From Escherichia coli (lineage in GTDB: Bacteria; Pseudomonadota; Gammaproteobacteria; Enterobacterales; Enterobacteriaceae): a DNA stretch of 64,000 nt. The notes under the pieces are model-generated. The model had not been told where the DNA came from. It saw nothing but the letters and a program-made list of their open reading frames with translations, and did no database searches. Positions 12,880-24,071 of this stretch are shown in pieces. The position numbers and the translations under genes were made by a program. How positions within the stretch are numbered: the stretch's first letter is position 1; each line of letters opens with the position of its first letter. The stretch is from NCBI RefSeq assembly GCF_003018255.1, contig NZ_CP027440.1; one strand, given 5' to 3'.

Positions 12880-14451
12880 ATGGCCAACATCAAAATCAGA
12901 CAAGAAACGCCAACTGCGTTTTATATAAAAGTTCACGACACAGATAATGTGGCAATTATTGTTAATGATAATGGCCTGAAAGCAGGAACGCGTTTTCCGG
13001 ATGGGCTGGAATTAATTGAACATATTCCCCAGGGGCATAAAGTCGCATTGCTGGACATTCCGGCTAATGGTGAAATTATTCGTTATGGCGAGGTGATTGG
13101 TTACGCCGTGCGCGCAATCCCACGCGGAAGCTGGATCGACGAATCAATGGTTGTACTACCGGAAGCGCCGCCGTTACATACGCTGCCACTGGCAACCAAA
13201 GTCCCGGAACCCTTACCGCCGCTGGAAGGATACACCTTTGAGGGCTATCGCAATGCCGATGGCAGCGTGGGCACCAAAAACCTGCTCGGCATCACCACCA
13301 GCGTCCACTGTGTGGCAGGCGTGGTGGACTACGTAGTAAAAATCATTGAACGCGATCTGCTACCGAAATACCCGAACGTCGATGGCGTGGTGGGGCTGAA
13401 TCATTTGTACGGTTGTGGCGTGGCGATTAACGCACCCGCGGCAGTTGTACCTATTCGTACCATTCACAATATTTCGCTGAACCCTAACTTTGGCGGCGAA
13501 GTAATGGTGATTGGTCTGGGTTGTGAAAAGTTGCAGCCTGAACGCCTACTGACTGGAACGGATGATGTGCAAGCTATTCCAGTAGAAAGCGCCAGCATTG
13601 TCAGTTTGCAGGATGAAAAGCATGTCGGTTTTCAGTCCATGGTCGAGGATATTTTGCAGGTCGCCGAATGCCATCTACAAAAACTGAATCAACGTCAGCG
13701 AGAAACCTGTCCGGCTTCAGAACTGGTTGTCGGCATGCAGTGCGGTGGCAGCGATGCGTTTTCTGGCGTAACGGCAAACCCGGCGGTTGGGTATGCGTCT
13801 GATCTATTGGTGCGCTGCGGCGCAACGGTGATGTTTTCAGAAGTCACAGAAGTGCGTGACGCGATACATCTGCTGACACCACGCGCAGTGAACGAAGAGG
13901 TCGGCAAACGGCTGCTGGAGGAGATGGAGTGGTACGATAATTATCTCAATATGGGAAAAACCGATCGCAGCGCCAACCCTTCGCCGGGGAACAAGAAAGG
14001 CGGTCTGGCAAATGTGGTGGAGAAGGCACTCGGCTCCATTGCTAAATCGGGTAAAAGTGCAATTGTTGAAGTGCTGTCGCCCGGCCAACGCCCGACTAAA
14101 CGCGGATTAATTTACGCCGCGACGCCAGCCAGCGATTTTGTCTGTGGCACGCAACAGGTGGCTTCGGGTATCACCGTGCAAGTGTTTACGACCGGTCGTG
14201 GTACGCCGTACGGCCTGATGGCGGTACCCGTCATTAAAATGGCGACCCGCACCGAGCTGGCGAACCGCTGGTTTGATTTAATGGATATTAACGCGGGCAC
14301 TATCGCTACCGGCGAAGAAACCATTGAAGAAGTGGGCTGGAAGTTGTTTCACTTTATTCTCGACGTCGCCAGCGGGAAGAAGAAAACTTTCTCGGATCAA
14401 TGGGGACTGCATAACCAGCTGGCGGTGTTTAACCCGGCACCGGTGACCTGA
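12880..14451 (+). CDS. garD: galactarate dehydratase
   Basis: 523-aa [30 protein letters not shown]; altronate-dehydratase-like family. Confidence 0.92.
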   Translation: MANIKIRQETPTAFYIKVHDTDNVAIIVNDNGLKAGTRFPDGLELIEHIPQGHKVALLDIPANGEIIRYGEVIGYAVRAIPRGSWIDESMVVLPEAPPLHTLPLATKVPEPLPPLEGYTFEGYRNADGSVGTKNLLGITTSVHCVAGVVDYVVKIIERDLLPKYPNVDGVVGLNHLYGCGVAINAPAAVVPIRTIHNISLNPNFGGEVMVIGLGCEKLQPERLLTGTDDVQAIPVESASIVSLQDEKHVGFQSMVEDILQVAECHLQKLNQRQRETCPASELVVGMQCGGSDAFSGVTANPAVGYASDLLVRCGATVMFSEVTEVRDAIHLLTPRAVNEEVGKRLLEEMEWYDNYLNMGKTDRSANPSPGNKKGGLANVVEKALGSIAKSGKSAIVEVLSPGQRPTKRGLIYAATPASDFVCGTQQVASGITVQVFTTGRGTPYGLMAVPVIKMATRTELANRWFDLMDINAGTIATGEETIEEVGWKLFHFILDVASGKKKTFSDQWGLHNQLAVFNPAPVT

Positions 14452-14473
14452 TTTCTTTTGGAACGTCCCTCGC

Positions 14474-14505
14474 AAAACATGGCCTTAGTGCCATGTTTTT
14501 ATTGT
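14474..14505 (+). terminator. rho-independent terminator after garD
   Basis: aacatggc-cttagt-gccatgtt hairpin followed by TTTTTATTGTTT. Confidence 0.7.
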
Positions 14506-14599
14506 TTAAAGTCCACACATCCATTAATAATGCATTTGCATTACCTTAGTTCAAGCTTATAATTTGAGCAGAAAACAGGCTGTAAAAGGACAGTAAATA

Positions 14600-14935
14600 A
14601 TGCCCGCTAATGCTCGCTCTAACGCTGTACTGACCACTGAATCAAAGGTCACTATACGCGGACAAACAACTATCCCCGCGCCAGTGCGTGAGGCCTTAAA
14701 ACTGAAGCCTGGCCTGGACAGCATTCATTACGAAATTCTGCCTGGTGGGCAAGTATTTATGTGCCGACTGGGAGATGAACAGGAGGATCATACTATGAAT
14801 GCATTTTTGCGTTTTCTGGATGCAGATATCCAGAACAACCCGCAAAAAACTCGTCCATTCGACATTCAACAAGGAAAGAAACTTGTCGCTGGCATGGACG
14901 TCAACATTGACGATGAGATTGGCGACGACGAATAA
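14600..14935 (+). CDS. prlF: type II antitoxin (AbrB/SpoVT-type swapped-hairpin DNA binding)
   Basis: 111-aa ORF with an acidic C-terminus (DDEIGDDE); stop overlaps the yhaV start (TAATG). Confidence 0.88.
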   Translation: MPANARSNAVLTTESKVTIRGQTTIPAPVREALKLKPGLDSIHYEILPGGQVFMCRLGDEQEDHTMNAFLRFLDADIQNNPQKTRPFDIQQGKKLVAGMDVNIDDEIGDDE

Positions 14936-15399
14936 TGGATTTTCCACAAAGGGTTAATGGTTGGGCGCTATATGCTCATCCCTGTTTTCAGGAAACCTAC
15001 GATGCTTTAGTTGCCGAAGTCGAGGCATTAAAGGGAAAAGATCCTGAAAATTATCAGAGAAAAGCTGCCACAAAGTTATTGGCGGTGGTCCATAAAGTGA
15101 TTGAGGAGCATATCACGGTCAATCCATCATCACCGGCATTCCGTCATGGCAAGTCGTTAGGCTCTGGGAAAAATAAAGACTGGTCACTGGTAAAATTTGG
15201 CGCTGGTCGCTATCGTCTCTTCTTTCGTTACAGTGAAAAAGAGAAAGTCATCATTCTGGGATGGATGAACGATGAAAACACGCTGCGCACCTACGGTAAA
15301 AAAACAGATGCCTATACCGTATTCAGTAAAATGTTAAAAAGAGGACATCCTCCTGCCGACTGGGAAAGCCTCACCCAAGAGACAGAAGAAAACCATTGA
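14935..15399 (+). CDS. yhaV: type II toxin, RelE/ParE-superfamily ribonuclease
   Basis: 154-aa ORF translationally coupled to prlF; K-12 synteny between garD and agaR. Confidence 0.88.
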   Translation: MDFPQRVNGWALYAHPCFQETYDALVAEVEALKGKDPENYQRKAATKLLAVVHKVIEEHITVNPSSPAFRHGKSLGSGKNKDWSLVKFGAGRYRLFFRYSEKEKVIILGWMNDENTLRTYGKKTDAYTVFSKMLKRGHPPADWESLTQETEENH

Positions 15400-15453
15400 T
15401 GGTGTTCACAATGCCCGCCGAACGCATTGGTGTTGACCAGCGGGCATCCTTTC

Positions 15454-16263
15454 TCATTCCCCGACCAGAATCACTTCAACCCCAGCCTTTCTCAGTCCTT
15501 CCAGACTATCCGCAGGAATGCCTTCATCAACAATGATCATGTCGATACGTTGAGTATCAATGATCTTATGTAAACTAGAACGATTGAACTTACTGGAATC
15601 GGTGACCACGATGATCCGTTCCGCAACTTCGCACATCCGACGGTTTAAACGGGCTTCATCTTCATTATGCGTGCTGACGCCACGCTCCAGATCAATAGCA
15701 TCTACACCAAGAAACAGCATATCGAAGTGGTAATTTTGCAGCGATTGCTCAGCCTGATCGCCATAAAAAGATTGTGACTGACGGCGCAAATGCCCGCCGG
15801 TCATCAGCAGCTCAACACCTTCCGCTTCCAGCAACGCATTAGCCACGTTCATACCGTTGGTCATCGCAATTACGTCGGTGTGCTTGCGCATCAGACGAGC
15901 AATCTCAAAAGTGGTAGTCCCGGAATCGAGGATTACCCGATGACCTGGCTGAATCAACTCAACGGCAGCTTTCGCAACGCTGCGTTTCATTGCGGTGTTC
16001 AGCGCGCTTTTATCTTCCACTGATGGCTCGACTGACGGCGTCGTGCTATCGCAGATCAACGCGCCGCCATAGGCACGCACAGCGATCCCCTGCTTTTCCA
16101 GAAACGCCAGATCGTTGCGGATCGTCACAGTAGATACACCATACAACGCCGATAGATCATTAACTTGCACACTTCCTTGCTGGCGCAGGCGTTGAATGAT
16201 CTGCTCTCGTCGCTCACTGGTGCCTGTCACTCGCTTCTCGCCTGAAGCGTCGGTATTACTCAT
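15454..16263 (-). CDS. agaR: DeoR-family repressor of the aga regulon
   Basis: 269-aa ORF with an N-terminal HTH ([35 protein letters not shown]) and a DeoR C-terminal sugar-phosphate domain. Confidence 0.92.
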
Positions 16264-16511
16264 AGTAAGTCCTTTCGTAAAACTTTCGTTTCATTTCGTT
16301 TTGCCTATTAACGCCTTTCTATTAAGCAAATGCAAGCCCACCTTACCCATTGGCGCAAGCTACTCTCGTTTCAGTGGCTTTCATTATGTTTCTTTTGTGA
16401 ATCAGATCAGAAAACTATTATCTTTCGTTTTATTTTTATCTCACCATGACGCAGTATCAACTGAAACAAAACGAAAGATTAATATCGCAGTAATCTGAAC
16501 TGGAGAGGAAA
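16264..16511. promoter_or_regulatory. agaR/kbaZ divergent promoters with AgaR operator repeats
   Basis: Repeated CTTTCGTTT / AAACGAAAG motifs at about 16271..16310, 16422..16436 and 16465..16478. Confidence 0.7.
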
Positions 16512-17792
16512 GTGAAACATCTGACAGAAATGGTGAGACAGCACAAAGCGGGCAAAACAAATGGGATTTATGCCGTTTGTTCCGCACATCCGCTGGTGCT
16601 GGAAGCTGCAATCCGCTACGCCAGTGCAAACCAAACGCCGTTACTGATTGAAGCAACCTCCAATCAGGTGGACCAGTTCGGCGGTTATACCGGAATGACA
16701 CCCGCCGATTTTCGCGGCTTTGTTTGTCAGCTAGCCGACTCGTTGAATTTCCCGCAGGATGCGCTGATTCTGGGTGGCGACCATCTGGGGCCAAACCGCT
16801 GGCAAAACCTGCCTGCCGCTCAGGCAATGGCCAATGCCGATGATTTGATTAAAAGCTACGTGGCGGCAGGATTCAAAAAAATTCACCTTGATTGCAGCAT
16901 GTCCTGTCAGGACGATCCGATTCCCTTAACTGATGATATCGTGGCTGAACGCGCCGCCCGTCTGGCGAAAGTGGCGGAAGAAACCTGCCGTGAACATTTT
17001 GGCGAGGCCGATCTGGTGTATGTCATTGGCACCGAAGTTCCGGTGCCTGGCGGCGCGCATGAAACCTTAAGCGAGCTGGCGGTCACCACACCGGATGCCG
17101 CCCGCGCCACACTGGAAGCCCATCGCCACGCCTTTGAAAAGCAGGGCCTGAATGCCATCTGGCCACGCATTATTGCCCTGGTGGTTCAACCCGGCGTCGA
17201 ATTCGATCACACCAACGTTATTGATTATCAGCCCGCCAAAGCGACCGCCTTAAGCCAGATGGTCGAAAACTACGAAACGCTGATTTTCGAAGCGCACTCT
17301 ACCGATTACCAAACACCGCAATCGCTGCGCCAGCTGGTGATTGACCACTTTGCCATTCTGAAAGTTGGCCCGGCGCTGACCTTTGCCCTGCGTGAAGCTC
17401 TGTTCTCTCTGGCGGCGATTGAAGAAGAACTGGTACCAGCAAAAGCCTGTTCTGGTCTGCGTCAGGTGCTGGAAAACGTGATGCTCGACCGCCCGGAATA
17501 CTGGCAAAGCCACTACCACGGTGACGGCAACGCGCGTCGTCTGGCGCGTGGTTACAGCTACTCGGACCGCGTGCGCTATTACTGGCCAGACAGCCAGATT
17601 GATGACGCTTTCGCTCATCTGGTTCGTAATCTGGCGGATTCACCAATTCCGCTGCCGCTGATCAGCCAGTATCTGCCGCTGCAGTACGTGAAAGTTCGCT
17701 CCGGCGAGCTGCAGCCAACGCTACGGGAACTCATTATCAACCATATTCAGGACATCCTGGCGCAGTACCACACAGCCTGTGAAGGCCAATAA
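16512..17792 (+). CDS. kbaZ: tagatose-bisphosphate aldolase non-catalytic subunit
   Basis: 426-aa [26 protein letters not shown]; GTG start at 16512 preceded by GGAGAGG. Confidence 0.92.
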   Translation: MKHLTEMVRQHKAGKTNGIYAVCSAHPLVLEAAIRYASANQTPLLIEATSNQVDQFGGYTGMTPADFRGFVCQLADSLNFPQDALILGGDHLGPNRWQNLPAAQAMANADDLIKSYVAAGFKKIHLDCSMSCQDDPIPLTDDIVAERAARLAKVAEETCREHFGEADLVYVIGTEVPVPGGAHETLSELAVTTPDAARATLEAHRHAFEKQGLNAIWPRIIALVVQPGVEFDHTNVIDYQPAKATALSQMVENYETLIFEAHSTDYQTPQSLRQLVIDHFAILKVGPALTFALREALFSLAAIEEELVPAKACSGLRQVLENVMLDRPEYWQSHYHGDGNARRLARGYSYSDRVRYYWPDSQIDDAFAHLVRNLADSPIPLPLISQYLPLQYVKVRSGELQPTLRELIINHIQDILAQYHTACEGQ

Positions 17793-17814
17793 GCAAAACA
17801 AAGAGGAACACGCT

Positions 17815-18288
17815 ATGCCAAATATTGTTTTAAGCCGGATTGATGAACGCTTGATTCACGGTCAGGTTGGCGTTCAGTGGGTCGGATTTGCGGGGGCAAA
17901 TCTGGTGCTGGTAGCCAACGATGAGGTTGCCGAAGATCCGGTACAACAAAACCTGATGGAAATGGTACTGGCAGAAGGGATCGCCGTACGTTTCTGGACG
18001 CTGCAAAAAGTTATCGACAACATTCATCGCGCCGCCGATCGACAGAAAATCCTGCTGGTTTGTAAAACACCTGCCGATTTCCTGACGCTGGTGAAAGGTG
18101 GCGTTCCGGTGAATCGCATTAACGTTGGCAATATGCACTACGCCAATGGCAAGCAACAAATCGCCAAAACGGTTTCTGTAGATGCGGGCGATATCGCAGC
18201 ATTTAACGACCTGAAAGCCGCTGGAGTGGAATGCTTCGTTCAGGGCGTCCCGACAGAGCCTGCTGTGGACCTCTTTAAATTACTTTGA
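17815..18288 (+). CDS. agaV: PTS N-acetylgalactosamine-specific EIIB
   Basis: N-terminus MPNIVLSRIDERLIHGQVG (mannose-family IIB); ATG at 17815. Confidence 0.9.
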   Translation: MPNIVLSRIDERLIHGQVGVQWVGFAGANLVLVANDEVAEDPVQQNLMEMVLAEGIAVRFWTLQKVIDNIHRAADRQKILLVCKTPADFLTLVKGGVPVNRINVGNMHYANGKQQIAKTVSVDAGDIAAFNDLKAAGVECFVQGVPTEPAVDLFKLL

Positions 18289-18298
18289 GGGATTCATC

Positions 18299-19078
18299 AT
18301 GGAAATCAGTCTGTTGCAGGCATTCGCGTTGGGCATTATCGCCTTTATCGCTGGCCTGGATATGTTTAACGGCCTAACCCATATGCACCGCCCGGTGGTC
18401 CTCGGCCCGTTGGTCGGGCTGGTACTTGGCGATCTGCATACCGGTATTTTAACCGGCGGTACGCTGGAACTGGTGTGGATGGGGCTGGCCCCGCTGGCGG
18501 GCGCACAGCCGCCTAACGTGATTATCGGTACTATCGTCGGCACGGCGTTTGCCATTACTACTGGCGTGAAACCCGATGTTGCAGTCGGTGTCGCCGTACC
18601 TTTCGCTGTCGCAGTACAGATGGGGATTACCTTCCTGTTCTCGGTGATGTCTGGCGTAATGTCCCGCTGTGACCGGATGGCAGAGAACGCCGATACACGC
18701 GGCATTGAACGCGTGAACTATCTGGCACTGCTGGCACTCGGCACTTTCTATTTTCTCTGCGCTTTCCTGCCTATCTACTTCGGCGCGGAACATGCAAAAA
18801 CCATCATTGATGTCCTACCGCAACGATTAATCGACGGCCTCGGCGTCGCGGGCGGCATCATGCCAGCAATCGGTTTTGCCGTGCTGCTGAAAATCATGAT
18901 GAAAAACGTCTACATCCCCTACTTCATCCTGGGCTTTGTTGCCGCAGCCTGGCTCAAGTTACCGGTGCTGGCTATTGCTGCCGCCGCGCTGGCGATGGCG
19001 CTGATCGACCTGCTGCGTAAATCTCCTGAACCGACTCAACCTGCGGCACAGAAAGAGGAATTTGAAGATGGCATCTAA
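18299..19078 (+). CDS. agaW: PTS N-acetylgalactosamine-specific EIIC (full length)
   Basis: 259-aa membrane ORF, uninterrupted; mannose-family IIC; overlaps agaE by 17 nt. Confidence 0.85.
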   Translation: MEISLLQAFALGIIAFIAGLDMFNGLTHMHRPVVLGPLVGLVLGDLHTGILTGGTLELVWMGLAPLAGAQPPNVIIGTIVGTAFAITTGVKPDVAVGVAVPFAVAVQMGITFLFSVMSGVMSRCDRMAENADTRGIERVNYLALLALGTFYFLCAFLPIYFGAEHAKTIIDVLPQRLIDGLGVAGGIMPAIGFAVLLKIMMKNVYIPYFILGFVAAAWLKLPVLAIAAAALAMALIDLLRKSPEPTQPAAQKEEFEDGI

Positions 19079-19946
19079 TCAAACCACCCTGCCGAACGTC
19101 AGTGAAAACGAAGAAACACTGCTGACAGGCGTCAATGAAAACGTGTATGAAGATCAGAGCATTGGCGCAGAGCTGACGAAAAAAGATATCAACCGCGTCG
19201 CCTGGCGTTCCATGCTGTTACAAGCGTCTTTTAACTACGAACGTATGCAGGCTTCTGGCTGGTTGTACGGTCTGCTGCCTGCTCTGAAAAAGATCCACAC
19301 TAATAAACGCGACCTGGCGCGCGCCATGAAGGGGCATATGGGTTTCTTCAATACCCATCCGTTTCTGGTGACGTTTGTTATCGGCATTATCCTTGCGATG
19401 GAGCGTTCTAAGCAGGACGTTAACAGTATTCAGAGCACCAAAATTGCCGTCGGTGCGCCGCTCGGCGGGATTGGCGATGCGATGTTCTGGCTAACGCTAC
19501 TGCCGATTTGTGGCGGGATAGGCGCAAGCCTCGCGCTACAAGGCTCTATTCTTGGCGCAGTCGTCTTTATTGTGCTGTTCAACGTGGTACACCTGGGGCT
19601 GCGTTTTGGTCTGGCGCATTATGCTTACCGCATGGGCGTGGCGGCGATTCCACTCATTAAAGCGAATACCAAAAAAGTCGGCCATGCTGCGTCAATCGTT
19701 GGGATGACGGTAATCGGCGCGCTGGTGGCAACCTATGTTCGTTTAAGCACCACGCTGGAAATCACCGCTGGCGACGCAGTGGTTAAGTTACAGGCTGATG
19801 TTATCGACAAACTGATGCCAGCCTTCTTACCGCTGGTCTACACCCTGACCATGTTCTGGCTGGTACGCCGCGGCTGGAGTCCGCTGCGCCTGATTGCAGT
19901 GACCGTGGTTCTCGGCATCGTCGGTAAATTCTGCCATTTCCTTTAA
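19062..19946 (+). CDS. agaE: PTS N-acetylgalactosamine-specific EIID
   Basis: 294-aa membrane ORF following agaW; mannose-family IID. Confidence 0.85.
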   Translation: MKMASNQTTLPNVSENEETLLTGVNENVYEDQSIGAELTKKDINRVAWRSMLLQASFNYERMQASGWLYGLLPALKKIHTNKRDLARAMKGHMGFFNTHPFLVTFVIGIILAMERSKQDVNSIQSTKIAVGAPLGGIGDAMFWLTLLPICGGIGASLALQGSILGAVVFIVLFNVVHLGLRFGLAHYAYRMGVAAIPLIKANTKKVGHAASIVGMTVIGALVATYVRLSTTLEITAGDAVVKLQADVIDKLMPAFLPLVYTLTMFWLVRRGWSPLRLIAVTVVLGIVGKFCHFL

Positions 19947-19963
19947 ATACAATGAGGTATTAG

Positions 19964-20398
19964 ATGTTAAGTATTATTTTGACAGGGCATGGCGGGTTTG
20001 CCAGTGGCATGGAAAAAGCAATGAAGCAAATCCTCGGCGAGCAATCGCAGTTTATTGCCATCGATTTTCCGGAAACCTCAAGCACCGCGCTGCTTACATC
20101 GCAGCTTGAAGAGGCCATCGCCCAACTGGATTGTGAAGACGGCATTGTTTTTCTGACGGATTTGCTGGGCGGCACGCCGTTTCGCGTAGCTTCAACGCTG
20201 GCGATGCAAAAACTGGGCTGTGAAGTGATTACCGGCACCAATTTGCAACTGCTACTGGAGATGGTGCTGGAGCGCGAAGGGTTAAGCGGTGAAGAGTTTC
20301 GTGTGCAGGCGCTGGAGTGTGGACATCGTGGGCTGACCAGTCTGGTGGACGAGTTAGGCCGCTGCCATGAGGAATGTCCGGTCGAGGAAGGAATATGA
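19964..20398 (+). CDS. agaF: PTS EIIA (mannose family), shared by the Aga and Gam systems
   Basis: 144-aa ORF MLSIILTGHGGFASGMEKA; stop overlaps the agaA start (ATGA). Confidence 0.85.
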   Translation: MLSIILTGHGGFASGMEKAMKQILGEQSQFIAIDFPETSSTALLTSQLEEAIAQLDCEDGIVFLTDLLGGTPFRVASTLAMQKLGCEVITGTNLQLLLEMVLEREGLSGEEFRVQALECGHRGLTSLVDELGRCHEECPVEEGI

Positions 20399-21528
20399 CA
20401 CCCGTTTTGCGCGCCAGAAGGCTGCTGACTGAAGAGGGATGGCTCGATGACCATCAGTTGCGTATTGCTGACGGTGTAATCGCAGAAATCGAACCGATTC
20501 CAGTGGGCGTGACTGAACGCGATGCGGAACTGCTCTGCCCCGCTTACATCGACACCCATGTACACGGTGGTGCGGGCGTTGATGTAATGGATGACGCGCT
20601 GGATGTGCTCGACAAGCTGGCAATGCACAAAGCACGCGAAGGTGTCGGCAGTTGGTTACCGACCACCGTAACCGCGCCGCTTAATACCATTCATGCGGCG
20701 CTGGAACGTATTGCTCAACGTTGCCAACGCGGCGGACCTGGTGCACAAATACTGGGGAGTTATCTCGAAGGACCGTACTTCACGCCGCAGAATAAAGGCG
20801 CGCATCCGCCGGAGCTGTTTCGCGAGCTGGAAATTGCCGAGCTGGATCAATTGATTGCCGTTTCTCAGCACACCTTGCGCGTGGTGGCGCTGGCACCGGA
20901 AAAAGAAGGGGCATTGCAGGCCATCCGCCATCTTAAACAGCAAAACGTAAGGGTGATGCTGGGGCATAGCGCGGCGACCTGGCAACAAACCCGCGCCGCG
21001 TTTGATGCTGGTGCCGACGGCCTGGTGCATTGCTATAACGGGATGACAGGTTTACATCACCGCGAACCGGGAATGGTTGGCGCGGGATTAACGGACAAGC
21101 GCGCCTGGCTGGAACTGATAGCCGATGGTCATCATGTGCATCCGGCGGCGATGTCGCTGTGTTGTTGCTGTGCGAAAGAGAGAATCGTGCTGATCACCGA
21201 CGCGATGCAGGCAGCCGGGATGCCGGATGGTCGCTATACGTTATGTGGCGAAGAAGTGCAGATGCACGGTGGCGTTGTCCGTACCGCGTCCGGTGGGCTG
21301 GCGGGCAGTACGCTGTCTGTTGATGCGGCAGTGCGCAACATGGTTGAGTTGGCGGGTGTAACGCCTGCGGAAGCCATCCATATGGCATCGCTGCATCCGG
21401 CGCGTATGCTGGGTGTTGATGATGTTCTGGGATCGCTTAAACCGGGCAAACGCGCCAGCGTCGTTGCGCTGGATAGCGGGCTGCATGTGCAACAAATCTG
21501 GATTCAGGGTCAATTAGCTTCGTTTTGA
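20395..21528 (+). CDS. agaA: N-acetylgalactosamine-6-phosphate deacetylase (full length)
   Basis: ORF track 20374..21528; ATG at 20395 gives about 377 aa (MTPVLRARRLLTEEGW...); NagA-like amidohydrolase. Confidence 0.85.
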   Translation: MTPVLRARRLLTEEGWLDDHQLRIADGVIAEIEPIPVGVTERDAELLCPAYIDTHVHGGAGVDVMDDALDVLDKLAMHKAREGVGSWLPTTVTAPLNTIHAALERIAQRCQRGGPGAQILGSYLEGPYFTPQNKGAHPPELFRELEIAELDQLIAVSQHTLRVVALAPEKEGALQAIRHLKQQNVRVMLGHSAATWQQTRAAFDAGADGLVHCYNGMTGLHHREPGMVGAGLTDKRAWLELIADGHHVHPAAMSLCCCCAKERIVLITDAMQAAGMPDGRYTLCGEEVQMHGGVVRTASGGLAGSTLSVDAAVRNMVELAGVTPAEAIHMASLHPARMLGVDDVLGSLKPGKRASVVALDSGLHVQQIWIQGQLASF

Positions 21529-21539
21529 TGGTTTGCTCC

Positions 21540-21700
21540 TTTATTGGGCCTTCACTTCCCCCGTAAGGCCTTTCTTTTTCTTTCGTTTTGATCTGTGCAG
21601 CGGTGTCGGATGCGACGCTAATGCGCCTTATCCGACCTACGGTTGGTGACCGTAAGGCCGGATAAAGTATTTACGCCGCATCCAGCAATCCCTTTTACTT
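21540..21700. repeat. REP/BIME-type palindromic repeats
   Basis: Imperfect palindromes gcgccttatccgacctacg and ggccggataaag...gccgcatcc typical of E. coli REP units. Confidence 0.75.
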
Positions 21701-21877
21701 CCCTTGTCTTTTCTTTCAACGATCACAGATTTCGTTTTATTTCCTTTTTCTCCATTGAACTTTCAGTTTCTTTTCTATAGATTTTAACCAACGAAAGAAA
21801 TCACCAAGTGAAATGAAACGAAAGGCAAACGAAAGCGACAACGCCGACGTCAAGTTCATCAGACTAAGGATTGAGTT
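21700..21877 (+). promoter_or_regulatory. agaS promoter with AgaR operator repeats
   Basis: Four clusters of TTTCGTTT / AACGAAAG motifs (about 21729..21745, 21758..21775, 21790..21805, 21810..21836). Confidence 0.7.
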
Positions 21878-23032
21878 ATGCCAGAAAATTACACCCCTGC
21901 TGCTGCCGCAACCGATACATGGACTGAAGAAGAGATCCGCCATCAGCCTCGCGCATGGATCCGTTCACTCACCAACATCGACGCGCTACGTTCCGCGCTC
22001 AATAACTTCCTTGAACCGTTACTGCGCAAAGAGAATCTGCAAATCATCCTGACCGGAGCCGGAACCTCGGCATTTATCGGTGACATCATCGCGCCGTGGC
22101 TCGCCAGTCATACCGGTAAAAACTTCAGCGCCGTACCGACCACCGATCTGGTCACTAATCCGATGGACTACCTGAATCCAGCTCATCCGCTGCTGTTGAT
22201 CTCCTTCGGTCGATCCGGCAACAGCCCGGAAAGCGTCGCTGCCGTGGAACTGGCAAATCAATTTGTACCCGAGTGCTATCACCTGCCGATCACCTGCAAC
22301 GAAGCGGGCGCTCTTTACCAAAACGCGATCAACAGCGACAACGCGTTTGCCCTACTGATGCCCGCAGAAACGCACGACCGCGGCTTTGCGATGACCAGCA
22401 GCATTACCACCATGATGGCCAGTTGCCTCGCGGTTTTCGCACCTGAGACGATCAACAGCCAGAGCTTCCGCGACGTGGCGGATCGTTGCCAGGCGATCCT
22501 GACCTCACTGGGCGATTTCAGCGAAGGTGTGTTTGGTTACGCACCGTGGAAACGGATCGTTTATCTCGGCAGCGGTGGCTTACAGGGCGCAGCACGCGAG
22601 TCGGCGCTGAAAGTGCTGGAACTGACAGCGGGTAAACTGGCGGCCTTCTATGATTCCCCGACCGGATTCCGTCATGGCCCGAAATCGCTGGTCGATAACG
22701 AAACGCTGGTGGTGGTATTTGTCTCCAGCCACCCTTACACCCGTCAGTATGATCTTGATCTGCTGGCAGAACTCCGCCGCGATAACCAGGCAATGCGCGT
22801 AATCGCCATCGCCGCGGAAAGCAATGACGTTATTACTGCCGGTCCACATATCATCCTGCCGCCGTCCCGTCACTTTATCGACGTTGAGCAGGCATTTTGC
22901 TTCCTGATGTACGCCCAGACATTTGCACTGATGCAGTCGCTGCACATGGGTAATACACCGGATACCCCATCAGCCAGTGGCACCGTTAACCGCGTGGTGC
23001 AAGGCGTAATCATTCATCCGTGGCAGGCATAA
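21878..23032 (+). CDS. agaS: galactosamine-6-phosphate deaminase/isomerase (SIS domains)
   Basis: 384-aa ORF MPENYTPAAAATDTWTEEEIRHQPRAW. Confidence 0.92.
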   Translation: MPENYTPAAAATDTWTEEEIRHQPRAWIRSLTNIDALRSALNNFLEPLLRKENLQIILTGAGTSAFIGDIIAPWLASHTGKNFSAVPTTDLVTNPMDYLNPAHPLLLISFGRSGNSPESVAAVELANQFVPECYHLPITCNEAGALYQNAINSDNAFALLMPAETHDRGFAMTSSITTMMASCLAVFAPETINSQSFRDVADRCQAILTSLGDFSEGVFGYAPWKRIVYLGSGGLQGAARESALKVLELTAGKLAAFYDSPTGFRHGPKSLVDNETLVVVFVSSHPYTRQYDLDLLAELRRDNQAMRVIAIAAESNDVITAGPHIILPPSRHFIDVEQAFCFLMYAQTFALMQSLHMGNTPDTPSASGTVNRVVQGVIIHPWQA

Positions 23033-23905
<873 letters not shown>

Positions 23906-24071
23906 TCATTAGTTTTTTATGATTTATCCCAATGTACTTCCCGATTAATATCGGGGAGTGCCTTAATGGTAAAGGAGATAACTAAACCTTAATAAATACA
24001 TCAGTACAATATCGCAACAATAATATATTTAAAAAGATTATATTATTCAACTTTATGGTGAGGATCACACA

